Shown here: positions 36,601 through 50,410 of the stretch, piece by piece | Layout of the letters: every line of letters begins with the position of its first letter | Numbering within the stretch: the stretch's first letter is position 1 | From: Ascidiella aspersa | Lineage: Eukaryota | Assembly (NCBI GenBank): GCA_963924565.1 | Contig: OZ004612.1 | Span: 9,610,001-9,674,000, forward strand | Reading direction: 5' to 3' | Length of the DNA: 64,000 nt | The notes under the pieces: generated by a model | The model's database searches: none | The model's input: only the letters and a program-made list of their open reading frames with translations | Told to the model about the DNA's origin: nothing | Made by a program: the position numbers and the translations under genes

Positions 36601-39009
36601 ACTTTTATTAGTTTTTAAGGACTCAGAGAATCCTACTTTATCGAATTTTACCTTGTAGTTTGTGGACCTTCTTCGTTAGTATGCTTTATGTCTTAATGCA
36701 CCAAGCTTTTTTGGGAGGAAACAAACGAGCTAGCCGTTTCGGTCTCACGCTGTGTTCTTGACTGACGTTTGACGAATGCGGGAATTTTGGAAACTGCGTC
36801 GTATTTCGCTCCCCACTGTTCCATCTCCTCACACACAATTTCTCATTACCGAGGCCGAATATTGCCCAACCAGTCCCGTGACCTAAGCTTAGCGGGTCGC
36901 CTATTATGACGTCTATCCACGTTACGGTGTTGCGGCGCCCGTATATTTCTTTACATACGCTCCGTCGCGTTTTATTTGCAGCGTAATGATCGGTGCGTTT
37001 ATGACTCAGCGCCGCTCGTGATTTATCGCGCACTTTCATTTGCGAGGTGACGTTTTATAAAGGCTGCGCCAACGAGGTGGCCTAGGTTTTTGTTTTGCCT
37101 GAGCGCTAATTTGCCCTAGGCGGCACACACAGAGATTGATACGCTGTCATATCGTTGATGACCAGGTTGTAAATTTGGCTTCCTGGTAAATGGGCTGTGA
37201 TTCAAAAGCGTTTTACCATTGATATATTTTTTATATTTGTCAGCGTTTTTTGCCCTTTACCTCAAACTGTGCAGTTAAATTGAAAGGCTTTTAATAAAAG
37301 GGCTATATAATTTACAAATTTGTGTTTACTTTTTCGAATACGCGTATTTAACTCCTATTGTTGAAATTTGCATTTAACCTCGGGGTGCATTCGAAGCACT
37401 AAAACATAGATTGTCGACTGTCGGGTTACGCCTTACCTTCACCTTGAGTAACGCCTTAATAATAATAATTTTATTACATGTACCTATTTGAAATATTTTA
37501 GGATTGAGTGCTCGTAATTGTGCAGTTTGTAGCGGAAACTTTAAACAGAACAGTTACGGGATTAAGGTCTGCATCAAAGTAAAAGGAAATTTATACAAAC
37601 CAACGTCTTTGGAATACGAAACTTGCTCATATACTGACTGTAACGTATAAAACTATTCATTTTTGTCATTCACTAAAATACACATTTTGTTACGCAGGCT
37701 CATCAACCACAAACGGTTCCTCTACTCGACGCACGGTGGCGGCAAAGGACAGTGCCAAATCAACGGACAAACCTCGCGAGAAAACCAAGACAACTTCCGC
37801 CAAATCGTCGAGCTCTTCGGCATCGTCTAGCGGTCGCAGCACGTCGGCAATTAGTCGCAGAACCAAAGATGCGACAGGTTAGTTTTGGTACATCTTACCG
37901 TGCTACCCGATTATTGCTAAAATGTAATTCTGGTAGTAGGAACCTCTAATTAGGTTTGATCAGGGTGATATCCTGGCCTAAATCTTATATGTGGGGAGCC
38001 ATATTGAGTATTAGAATGATCAACCTAATACCTCGTGGTAATTGTTCAACGATTTTTGTTCTTTGAAATTTAGGTCTGGTAACGAAACACACTGTTTTGA
38101 GCTATAGTTACCACTTTTATTTAGAGATGCAAAAACATTCGAACGGTTGACCGGAAATTACTGTTTAATGCTTTTTTATAGTAATCGTTTTAAGTTCGGG
38201 TATTAATCGTTTTAATCGCATACTTTGCTTTTCAATCTTACGTTAACGTTTTTTTTTATTTCCAAAGGTTCTAAAGGTAAAACAGAAGTCGACAAGGTGG
38301 CGCTAGAGGGCAAGATTAAGGACCTGATGGGAATGGCCAAAGCGAAAGACTCGGAAATCAGGTCAGTAAATGATGTATTAAGTATAGCCAATATTTCGGC
38401 GTATATTACGACTCGTTGCTATATATATTGAATTGATTTAGCTTTCCCAATACTTTCGTTTGTAATTCTGTTTTTAATTCTATGACCCGCGAAGACCCAC
38501 CATGTAGAAGCCAAATTTTTGGCCGTCAGTGTATGAAGTCAAGAAGAAATAAAACGCCACCTGATTTAAGGCATTCCAGATTCGTCGAATATATGTAATA
38601 ACAAAGTCTCCACGCCTTTAAAAATACTAAAAATAACCGGTTTTTGTCATAGCCGCATTTAATTTTAAAATAGATTAGGTCCAACAAGAAAATAGCACAA
38701 ACGTTGTCTGGAAACATTGTCGAAATCCTAAACCCCAAAAGCATCTAACTTAAAACCTCCTTGTATCGTTCTAGCTCGCTCAAGTCCAAGCTCGACCAGA
38801 TGATGTTACTCCTCAAGAAACAACAGCAGCAACAGGACGAGGAGGACTTCAGCTCCGTGTCCTGCTCCTCCCCGAAGCCGTCCTCCGCCTCTTTCCTCCC
38901 CGCTCCCTCCTTCACATCCCTGGTGAAGCTCTCGGATGCGAGGGAAGAGCGCTTGGATGAGGCCTCCTCCTCGATTAACGACGTGCAGACGGAGCTTCTT
39001 CATTTGCAG
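24603..39009 (+). CDS. SPECC1L: Cytospin (SPECC1/SPECC1L family), 5' part (exons 24603-24726, 25998-26060, 37698-37877, 38268-38361, 38775-39009); remainder presumably beyond the window
   Basis: Ser/Thr/Lys-rich N-terminus, then DKVALEGKIKDLMGMAKAKDSEISSLKSKLDQM ... INDVQTELLHLQ. This matches the remembered cytospin-A segments (LEAKVKDLLTLAKTKDVEI ... TDVESTLLQLQ). Exon phases 1,1,1,2,0 join consistently. Confidence 0.8.
27575..30672 (-). CDS. Candidate nested antisense gene in cytospin intron 2 (unidentified)
   Basis: Minus-strand open exons 28961-28713 and 27796-27575 join in phase 0 with GTAAGA donor and TTATAG acceptor. Strong donor AG/GTAAGTAT at 29174; further open exon 30672-30605. 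No family recognised. Confidence 0.3.
29568..29891. repeat. Two-copy tandem duplication, ~165-bp unit
   Basis: CAAGAA..CGGGG..TTTTTGCTGCAATTTCATCGAGTTTA..CTCCTGGTGATTGGCCGAAC..CGAGGACAT repeated at 29568 and 29736. Confidence 0.9.
29970..30220. mobile_element. PIF/Harbinger-type MITE, copy 2
   Basis: Perfect TIRs AGGCCCGTTTACACTACAGCTGCACTGAGCTG; TSD TTA; same family as 20885-21108. Confidence 0.88.
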
Positions 39010-40140
39010 GTGAGGACTCCTGTTGTTGTTTTTTGTGAATCGTTAAACTCTTTAACGAATTCTCTGCGGCATATTGTTGTAGAAATATTTTTGCCTTAAG
39101 TGTGGAAATCAGGTGGCACTTTTAAACGGCCTAGAGTACTATACAATTTCAAACGGATTTCTAGATTTAGAATTACACTAATACGGCTATCAAATTCTCC
39201 GCACAGATTACTTCTATTTGTGCTGAAAAATATCGTTAACTTTGGTGCGTGCCATGATCTAGCAGTTGCAAATTCGAACCTCGCTTTTCAACGTTTTCAA
39301 GTGTTTGTTTACGCGTCTTTGGGTGGACGTTGTGCGCACGTTATACGTATGTTCGTATTTAAAATGCGTTCAGGCCAACGAAAAACGTGCTCTAGTTGTT
39401 CCATAAACGATCTCACAACAATGAAAGTCCAATAATTTGATAATTTAGGTAAAACTGAATGTGGCAAAAATGTTAGCTGGCTTATAGGTAGGCAGAGAAA
39501 ATGGCTCAATAATGTATGCTACTGTTTTTTCACAATATTATAAAAACATGACTAATGTGCAGAAGCAGCTTCTTCACTTGTAGGTGAGGATGTTTTTTTT
39601 TTGTGAATCGTTAAACTCTTAAAAGGAATTCTCAGCGCGGGTAACTTGACTTACTGTTTGCATATTGCTGTAGAAATATTTTTGACTTAGTGTGGAAATC
39701 AGGTGGCACTTTTGAACGACCTATAGCACTAACAACTTTAACTGGATTTTTAGATTTAGAATTACACAAATAGAACTATTAAATTCTCCCCGCAGATTAT
39801 TTCTTCTTGTGCTGAAAAATATCGTTAACTTTGACGCATGCCACGATCTAGCGTTACGAGTTCGAACCTCGCTTATCACCGTTTTTAGGTGTTTGTTTAC
39901 GCGTCTTTTGGTGGATATTGTGCAGACGGTGTACGTATGTTCGTATTTAAAATGCTTTTAGACCAAAGTCGAAACGTGCTCTATAATTGTTCTTTTAACG
40001 ACGATTTAGTTAACATTAATGAAGCTCCAAATCATTTTGACAATTCAATTAAAATAACTGAAAATATTATCCGGTCATTTTAAAAGAGACACCGGCTGAA
40101 GAATGTATGTTTTTTTTCCAATATTGTGAAAACGTAACTC
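38981..40140. repeat. Diverged ~575-bp tandem duplication spanning an exon end and donor site
   Basis: 38981-39554 aligns with 39555-~40140 (e.g. GTGTGGAAATCAGGTGGCACTTT and GTGTTTGTTTACGCGTCTTT in both). Confidence 0.9.
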
Positions 40141-40780
40141 GGTTGACACTTTTGATAATTTGAACATTAGGTCAGAATTTAGTGTTGTCGAAAAGACAAG
40201 TCTATTTTTTCTCAAACTTGGACTTGAATAAGAGACTTTTGACATTCGCATCTGTTTCTAAAATCTGGTCTATTATTATCAATTGTGGAGAGATACAACC
40301 CTATGACGGCAATCTCTGCAGCAGTCATGGAAATGACTGCAATTTTCTTTTGTGACACGCTTTATTTTTTACATCCTACCAAATTGGCCGCCGGGGGGCG
40401 CTGTTTAGCAGACTACAAACGCCAATTCTAACAAAAGTGTTTCAGAAGGTTGCCATTTGCACAATAAACTCGTTCTATTGAGACTTTCTGTCGTGTATTT
40501 AAGGTTAGTGGCAGTTCACACATAGATTGCCACGCCCAATTTTATTCCAACTACCCAGTCACGACCCATTTGAACTGGCGAATATTGACATCTGCCGTGA
40601 ACGTTGACTCACGCCCTCACATAAACGCACACAATTGCGACACATCGAATGAAAGGTCACAAAAACCTTTTCCCCGTGTGTTTGTCTTGTCGATAACAGG
40701 CAATCAACCACCGGTGTCTCATATTTAAACAAGACCGTTTCGAGATTTTGATTTAGGCAGTTTGGATCATAATTATACGC

Positions 40781-41107
40781 CAGTGTTTCTCAATCTTTTT
40801 TTCTCGGCGACCCAAACATTAAGCGTAGGCATAACAGAGAAGCTTTGGCGATCCAATTATCTTCACTGAACGTTTTCCAAGCTTCAAGTGAACAAAGAAT
40901 AAATAACACAGTAGCATTAATAAATACAATTTTAATTGATATAAGTATGTCTTCGTATTGCTTCCGCAAATTTCGTTAATTTCGGAAAAATCTTGGTGAG
41001 AACCAAACTGAAATAATCTAACCATGAAAAACTACTTCGGCCGACGACCCAACCAAACTAAACAGGGACCCAATTTGGGGTCGCGACCCATAGGTGGATA
41101 AACACTG
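40781..41107. mobile_element. Degenerate hAT-type MITE
   Basis: Ends CAGTGTTTCTCAA...GGATAAACACTG with GCGACCC subterminal repeats and GGGTCGCGACCC palindrome. TSD decayed. Confidence 0.6.
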
Positions 41108-42536
41108 CTATGCCTTTTCTCAAAGCGGCTTTTGTCAAGAAGGTGGACTGGCAATACAGAACCGTCGTTTGCTGAGCGCTGCAAGGGACGAAATAACGTT
41201 TGCTTAAAGCTGAGCGCCACTCGACCCCCTCAAACAATCCGCTCCTGTGACGTAACAATAACCGGCTCGCGCGACGTCGAGTGTTTGTTGTGCGCTCGCC
41301 TGTTTTTCCTGCTAATTGTCGGGTCAAGGTCGCTTCTAATCGACTCGATAATTAGTCGGCGGTTTTTGGCTGGCGCTTTGGTAACACGCGCGCGGGAGGT
41401 GATTTTTTGTGATTAACCAACTAATTGCAACAAGCATTACCAAGGTTTGGCCCAAGTTAATAAAAAATCTCCTAAACATTCTTTTTACAGAGTAAACAAA
41501 AAAGTAAACAGCGCACCCTAATGCCCCTGATATAGTTAACCTTACTCTGCACTGGTTTATATAATAGACGAAACAAAAATAATGAAACTACTACACCGTC
41601 GCAAACTACCAATAATGTCAATAAATAAGAACAGCAAGTTAGAAAAGAATCCAAATCACTTGGCTAAAGATGCTTTTCCAGCAGTTCATTACCACGTTTA
41701 TTCTTACCAGTTGGCAACCATGAAATATTGTTGTTCTACCTCTCCTGGTCATTTTTGATTAACTTTAATTTACTTAGCCATACGCGGTTGTATGAACAAC
41801 CCATAGCGATAAGGGCACGGTCGTCAATTCGGGACCTATACAACATATTTGAAAAAAAGCTTATTCCATAGTTTATTGACTTTTGTGAAGATGGGGGGTT
41901 ATACACATAAAGTTCATCAGCCGAACTGCATAATACGTGACTTTTAAGCGGCTTCACAAACTTTTTCAGCGTTGTTTTTATTTTTGACCCGATTTTTTAG
42001 GAGGATTAACCCGAACTACACTGTGCAAGTTTTTAAAAGAAAAACTTTTGTGTATCTTTGTTAACCGAGTCGAACAACGTATCCAAAAAGAAATGTCATC
42101 CATTGGTAATTTCGCTTAAAATAAACTCATCCCCAGTCACATAGAGATCATTCGGGTTTACACAAAATGCCAGGAGTCTATTGGATTGCGAGAATCCGCT
42201 TACCGAATAACGCAGCGAGAGCAATCTGCCCAAATCTGTAACATTACGCTTACAGCCTATGTTAAGCCCAGCGCTGTTAAACAACCAGACACGATTCGGG
42301 TTCAAACGTTATTAACGCAGAAAACGCATATCGATTCGCTCCAAGCAAATGTATGCCACTATATTCACTGCGTCACCACTTTTCGGTGCAAGAGGCAAAA
42401 CACGCCTTGCGAGGAATTCGACCCCGAGTGACCCCGGGTGACACGCGCTCCTGTTGACCCGGGTTAACCCCTGGCGTGTCACGCGCTTCTCACGCTCCGG
42501 CCAGGAAGCGTCGATTTTCCTTCGAGGTTTTATTCC

Positions 42537-43050
42537 CTTTAGTGGGTTGCCATTTAGCTCCGGTTTTGCACGGACAGCTAATTGTTACATATGGCCTGTT
42601 GGAATGGTCACCGCGTCAACCCCTGGAGTACCATTTCTAATGCTCAAGGGTGCCGAGACATATTTGAGAATCTTTTAGAATCGGATTTTCGCTCAACTCT
42701 TACAACTTTTTGTGTAAGATTGGAGTGAAATAAGTCCAATTATAACTTAGTACGTTGTGTATAGAGCTAATGCGTGTTGTCCCAGTTCCGTTTATTGTGA
42801 CATTCTAGTGAATTACCTACGGAAAAATTCTAGTAGGGGTGCTGCAGTCTATTTATTATTCTGAGGGGTGACTCTGGCCATACAAGGCTGAAAAACACTG
42901 CTTTAGTGGGTTGCCGTTTAGCGCCGGTTTTGCACGGACAGCTAATTGTTACATATCGCCGGTTGGAATGGCCCTTGCCTTCGAGTGCGTTGTGGGAAAA
43001 CGAGTTAGGTCATTGCGTAAATATTACTCAAGGGCTCTGACACATTTCGC
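42537..43050. repeat. Local duplication, ~70-bp well-conserved core repeated at ~365-bp spacing
   Basis: CTTTAGTGGGTTGCC.TTTAGC.CCGGTTTTGCACGGACAGCTAATTGTTACATAT at 42537 and 42901, each followed by a CTCAAGGG..GACA motif. Confidence 0.8.
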
Positions 43051-46000
43051 AAAGGATTGTTAAGTTATGGCGTTCCATTAAAAGCGTGTGACTATTGGCG
43101 AAAGATAATTTGGTCGGAGTATTGTACTGTGCTGTATCACGTGGTTGTTCCTTACCTTTGTTACCTTTTCTGTTAGCGTTGTTCTCTTTTAACCTATTAA
43201 CAAAGTAAATTTAGTAGGTCACCCTTCGCTGCTTTAATAATCACAGTATGATTTTATAATGATAGCAGAACCACAGCAACCTTGGCAATGCAAAGTGTTA
43301 ACTTACCGATTTTCAGGGAAACTAATGAATACCTTAGCACGTTTAATAGATAATTGTAATTTGTGTTTCACACCTTAATACGTCTTAGCGCCGTTATTTA
43401 CTCCGAGTCCCCAGGGTACGGCGAGCTGACTGCAATTGCATGTTTTTTGCACACTCAAAATGGGGCAAATTCCTGTTTAAAACTCGCCCCCACCGATTTT
43501 ACCAAGTTTATGGACCACTTTTGTAATAGATTTTAAGAACTAGTTGATAATAATCACATATTATATGTCTTGTGCCAATTATTTACTAAGTGGTACGAAA
43601 GTGCAAAGAAAGTCTTATCCCAGTCGTATATTGCGTAATACCTGAGGTTGTGCACTTTATAATGACACCTGTTCAACTCTGTTATATCGATTTGCAAGTT
43701 CTTTATTTACCACGCTCGTACATAAACAGACTTTAAATACGTTTCGTCGCAATTGAACTCCTTGCTGCTGTTCAGCAGCCATTGCGGACACCACCGGACG
43801 AAATGCACACAATTAGCGCTTGAAATCTATATCCGTGGCAATCCCAAGAACAATGAAATCGCCGCAACCGAAATAGCAGCACTCACAAAAGCTGAAAGGC
43901 AAGATAATCACTTCATATAGGCGCGTGGTAAATTTAAGTGTCCAAGGTGCGCCAAGGCGTTTATATAGAACAATGGCCAGCCGCTCGCCAATTTATAAAA
44001 AATCACCTCAATCAGCAGCGCATTGTCTTGTTCCACGGGCGCTGTGACGCAACTGACGTTCATTGTGACGTCGCCTCACGCGTTTGAACGCTCTTGTGTT
44101 CCTAAAGGGGAGAAATTGCTTTCAGCCCAAATACGCCCAATTCGAAGCCAGTTTCTTAAGACGTGTCGCCCCTTTAAAAATAGCCACAATTGCCAGACTT
44201 GATGGGAATTTGCGTCCTTCGTCACTGTTTTGTTGATTTTCTTGTGACGAAATCCAATTTCCTCTCGCCATAACTGGTGTGCCTGGGAACTGTTTGTTCA
44301 AGTGCCTTCTGTTGGGCTTTTGTTGGCATATAGCGCGATGTTCACACAATTGAGTGCACGGGCTAAGCTCTTCATCAAGGTCAATCATTTATACTGGCGG
44401 ATAAATGATTAACCGAAAGACCGACAAGTTATCGTTTGTGCTCTAAATTTGGAATTGAAATAGCATGCGGCCTCAAAATATATTTCGGTCAAGTCGAAAC
44501 AATGAAAAATAAACTGAATATCCTGATCCGTGAACACTTAATCAGCCCTTAGATGCCTGGGTCCGGTTTTTATTGGCAGACATGCTGTAATTTTTTGTCG
44601 ATTTTCCCTAATAAAACAGTGCGAATAATTATAGGACGATAAACAGCGTTAAGAACACTTTATTTTCTTAAAACAATGCTTTTGTAGCCACCTTTGCCGA
44701 AACACATTTAGCGTTTGGTTTCGCCCAAGATCAAATAGCCACACCCGTTTTTCGCACAACAGAAAAAAACAACTTATAATTGTCCGTTGCTCTCAAATAC
44801 TTAAAACAATCGCACTCAAATTATATCACGCGCGTGTTTATGCGGTGCGAGAACTTGACGAGTTGTGCAACTCAGGTGCGCGTGGGTGGGTCGTAATTGC
44901 GGCGTGAGAAACGAGGGATTACTTATTTTTTGTTGCTTTGTTGTGCTGTTGTGCGAATTTGCGGATTGATGCGTAACCCGCGTGACTACTGCTTGAAAGT
45001 GAGGCGTTTCACCTTATATGTACATTTAGTAGCCCCGGTGTAATTGATAGCCACCTTTGTCGTCGCTGATTAGGGATTTTCTCTCGTTTGGAAAGCGTCG
45101 AATTGTTTTTGTTCCAACCAGCTGGTGTTTTTTCGTCGGCTATTGGTTTAACGAAGGGAAGCATCTGATAAAACCGTTTGTATAATGACTTTATTTTAAT
45201 TGGACGCTGTGTGTCGTTCGTGCATTGTGATTTGATCTTCGTTTTTATTTGTTCGCTTGAAGCGACAACTGTAAAAAACACCGTCTTACCTTATTTTACT
45301 TTGTGGTAAAAAAATTCCCACGATTTGCCAATATGTTCAGCCCATTAAGAAACGGTCATGCTTTGACCAATTTGCAGGTCATGCTTTGACCATTTCGTAA
45401 AGTGAATCCTAATGTGCCGCAAATAGCGGATATGTGTAGCTTTTTGAGATTGAGAAATAACGCGTGCAGAATGTATGTTATTCTAAACCACGTTTATTTT
45501 AGACTTGAGAAATGTGGCCATTTCAGGCGCCGTTTATCATCGCTATCGAAAACAGGGTGATCCATTTGTATCATTCGGTCGTCTCGCACGAATTCTATAA
45601 TTTTTCGATAATTACAAGCGCAGCAAACATGTGCACTCCGCCCAGACAAATTGGAACAACAACCGCTTTTTGCCTGGAGATTCCAGCGATCTTGGAATCA
45701 CGCGTCGAATAATTGCGCAAACGTTCATCGCCATCACAAGACCAACAGCACGCAATGTCCCCTGCCCGAGGCAAAACCGATTTCCCTGTCTCGCGCTATT
45801 TTTAGCGTAAGATGCTTAGCGCCTCTTTGCAAACGGCAGTTCGTTTTTAGGCCTACTTTTCTATGTTTAGCCGAATCGCGGTTAAATAAGCACGGAAACT
45901 TTTTCTTCTTTTAAAAACCAAAAGTCTTCCGGGCTTTAAATAAGTGAGTCACGTTTGTTCCTTTTTTATGTCTTTCGGTCTCCTGTTTAAAAATAATTTA

Positions 46001-49000
46001 ATGAGTGCGCTTAAATAAAAATCATTCTGCTAGGTCACGTTTTCACTTTTGCAAAATGACATGTTATTTGCAGACTTGGTTAACTATAGATTTATTTTAG
46101 CTTTTTTAATTTAGATTGGGATTAAAATTAAAGCAGTTGTTCCAAATTGGAGTAAACGCCGAATTACGAACTACAACAAAACTATAATTCAAAATAGAAT
46201 TACATTAGAATAATTTAGGTTGAATCGCAATTTATTCTTATAAGAATTTATATGGCAAAGATTAATGTGCTAACCTTACTTTCTTCAAAATTCTTAATTG
46301 TTTCGACTCAAGAGTATTAGGTAAATTTATTTGTTCCGAATGAGAAATTAAAAAAATGCTGTTGAAAAAAGTAACTTTTTTAGTAAAACCTAAATTAGTT
46401 TAGTAATTAAAGCACGCAACAAAATCTCTATATTTATACTAGAATTATTTGGTTTTCTAAGACCGGTTGTATCAAACTTTTATCATCGCTTATGGACAAA
46501 CCTTTATCGATAAAAATGTTTTCCTAAACGTTACAGTGGTTATACATAATGTTCGTATGTCATCCGAGAAGACCTAATACCTCTTGATGATATATGGTTG
46601 GCCATCACCAAACAAAGCACAATTGTTTCACCTATTTTTAATTCATAGTGGTGGAAGTGGTTTGCATAACATAAGATTGTAATGTGCGTTGTATCATTGC
46701 CATTACAGCAATGTTTGCAGTCTTTATGTAACTCAAAAAGCTTACAGCAGTCAGCAGTTTTAGCAGCCGTCAGAATAATGCCCCAGTTGTGTCTTAGCAG
46801 TTATTGGTGCAAGAGCGGCAAAGTGTTGATAACAGCTGACGGGATTGGCTGCGGGATTTGTAACCGATTTGTTCACGTCGCTATGTTGCTTCTAACAGTC
46901 TCATCAGGCGTAAGCTGGCAGGAGCAAGAGCAAATAGGGAAACGGATCAGGCTTGGAACTTTTAAAAAGATGCTTTTTCATTTCTATACGCAGTCTACAA
47001 ATAGGATAGCGATTTTCGGTGCAAATATTTACAAATATTGTCGAGTTTTGCAAGATTTCGTTGAAAATTTAAATTTTTTGCATTTAAGGAGCAATATTAA
47101 TATCTGTACTGTCTAATAATTTTGATCACCTTATAGTTTGAATGAATCATATTGGTTGCGCCTTTCAGCAAACCAAAGGTCGTCCACACCTGCTTTCTAT
47201 AGGTTGGTCCAAAGTCAAACAGACTCGAATTCTTCCGATTGTCGGGAAAAGTTTGAACACCCGTGCTTCCCTGAGTAAACCCTTGTCCTTAAAAAAAACA
47301 GAGTCGCTTTCCATTCAGAAATGTTGGCCGCTTATGGGCGACCCAGTGATCAACTGTGGGCTGTATTTGCGCCTTGCAAACACGCAAGGTGGCCAACCCC
47401 TAGGCCACACTGCCTTTGAGTGCTGTGGGATTAACTGGTTAAACAAGACGCGTATAATCTTAACTTTGTTTAAGTTCAAGTGACTAAACGGTTCGGCGAA
47501 TTTGAGTTAGGGTTGGATAAATAAATATGTGAATCACGTTGTTTTCGTACGCCGCGTTACCCTTATTAAGAAGCGCTTTAAAACTTGATTAAAGCACACC
47601 GTATGTTTTTGTGCAGATGAAATATAGCCCTCTATTTTAGCTTTAGATAAGTTGACAAGCACTGTATACACTGTTGTTTGTTTTGGTCACTATTTCACAG
47701 AGAAAATGTTCATGTTACGGCAAAAATCAAGTAAACCGGGTCGATAACATTTTGTGCAAGGTGGTGTAGGATGTCTTTCCAAGCTTAAAATCAATTTCTG
47801 ATCGGTGTGACTCAATTTATATCCTAAGACCACACGTTGCGATTTTTACACTACTGGAATCTCTAGATTTCCCATGGGCGCATTTTGGTAGCGCTACTCA
47901 ACTCATCCGAGTAAGGATATGAAATTAACTCTGGCAGGGTCTAAAATTCTGTAAATTGGTCTCGTTGCATCCCACAATCCACCACCGTTCAGTTTCCCCG
48001 CGCAATATCACCAAACTAAACATCAGGTCGTGACCGCGGCCGCCAAATCTGTCCCAATCTCGGTGGCACCCTCAGCGCAGCGAAAACAAACAGGCGGCGA
48101 CTCGCGGAAGAGTTTTCCCAGCACGCCTGTCGCCCCTTAATCGATTCGCTCTGATCTCGTCAGATTACCGGCTTAGAGGGATCGCGCTCTGAAACAGCGA
48201 GCTATATGGGCGGCGTACACAGTGCACTCGGACGCCTATTGCTTCAGCGTTGTTGCGGACTGCTGCAAGATTGATTGCGGTTTTGTGAGAGAACTGCAGT
48301 GCTGTGCTGGAACGGACAATGGCAGCAGTTTGTGCCTGTGTGCGTTTTACTCGAGCTGTAGCTTGTTTTGCTAGCAGATTGCACAGCAGCTTTTTTGAAG
48401 TAGAATATGTTAATGTGCCTTACAATAGAAAAGGGTTGTGTTTTGTTGGCACGGATTGTATATGTTTGATTGCGTTATCTCTATAGATTTAATCTGTTGA
48501 AGATGACTGTGCAAAAGATTTCGAACAGTAAACGGTTGTACTATTTAAATGTAAAAACGCACTGTCGTAGAATATTTTGTTCCTTACCAGTTAAAGGTTT
48601 TCGATTCTTGTAATTATATTATGTAGGACCGAAATTATCCCGAATGGGTTTTAAACGTGTTCGTTAACAAAATGTGCGCAGAGCGCGGATGTATTGCGTA
48701 TTGTATTGGCAAGCTTACGTTTAAACCAGTTTACATACAGTCAGCTTGAAAAGCACGGATTCGTTGGGAAGGCGCTGAGTTTCTCTTGTCATGTATTTGT
48801 GTCGTTTTCTTTTCTACAGTCAGTTTGTGTGGCCCAACCGTTGTTTTAAATTTACACTTTAAAGTAGAAAAAAAACAGGATGATTAATTAGGGGTCTTAG
48901 GCGGTTTAAACTGCGAAACTATAGGGCATGGAATGACGCATGCGCGCATACGCGTCATTCTGCTGAGCGAAAAAGTTGGAATTGGAATTGAACCCGCGGA

Positions 49001-50410
49001 GAGTTAAACACTGCATAAAAGATTCTAAAACGTACCTTTTTAAAATAATTAAACGCCGAAAAAATCATAAGGAAAATAAATCGCAATAGGAAAGCTCTCA
49101 TAGTGCGAAAACGGCACGAAATAAGGACAAACCGAAGGGAACTGACTTGATTCGAAGAGGCGCGCTAAACTACATGACCTGTTGTTTCCTGGCCACCGTT
49201 ACAACGCACCTTTTTTCACCTCGGGCCCGGTCGGCCACAATTGCCAGTTCACGTCCGGTGATTTGCCACCACGGCTTGTTGAGGCAATCGGCCTGGAGTT
49301 ATCTCAGCAGATGACCTATTGCGCTATTTTTGGAGCACCTCTTATGCTGACCGGAAACTCGCTGTTCCGAATTATGCAGTTTCAACCGAGGTCAAGTTGA
49401 GTTTTTTGACCGCACTCGCGATTGCACCAATTTCGCTGTCTCGGTTAAGGTTGGCTCTTCAAATTGAGGTTTATATCCGGCCTTGCGGTTGCAAAATTAA
49501 ACCAATCTCGCATATTAACCAATGTACCTGTTTGCTGTAAGATGTTTTTTAATATAGTGCGTTGTTCAACATTGGTTAAGATTGTTGTTTTTCAACGTTT
49601 TAATGGCTTATATACAATTACGATGAAAAAGACCGAACGCTCATACATAATGCATGACAAAGCAAAAAGAGAAAAAAAATTATACCTTGGCGTATTAACG
49701 TTAGATTGTTTGATTTCGTGTTTTCAAGTATTTTCAAACACTTTAAAAGCTCCTTTCGTGAAACCTTTATCTGGTATTGACATCTTGCTAAAACACGAAA
49801 ACAGTTTTGCACGTCAGCATCGCCCCGCTTGCCAGTATGCGTGCGATTGGCCCGAACAAAATGTCAGTAGGACGTCGTAGAAAAGCGATTAAAAGTCCAG
49901 ACCGACTCCGTGGGAACTGCGCCCGATATTTCCCGAGTAGCACAACTTGATCACTGTTGGCGGGTTTTTCGAAACGACATATGCGTCACTAGGCCTCTCT
50001 CGAGATATCTCACGAATTGGAAAGAGAAAAAACACGAACAGCACCCTTTCGTTTTACAGCCCATAGTTACGATAATAATTTTCATTTGAAGCATTTCAGC
50101 AAAACGCAAGCGTTACACACCTGGTATATTTGTACTTTCAATGCGTAAAATAATCGGACTTTTTTGTTTTTTGGAAAGAGTTCGAGTTTCTTTGGTTTTG
50201 TGATGTAGCCTGTATGAGTCGCGTTTCATCGTCACCACATTCGATAAATTACATGAGCAACAAAGGGTCTCGCAATTTGATCGCCGCCAGTACAGCTTTT
50301 CTGAAGCTAACGACGACCACAGAGTGCGTCACTGCTACATATTAAATTGCAAATTGCAGTTGCTCGACCTGGCAGCCGAGCTATGTACTGCCATCACGCC
50401 TTGGCTCGTT

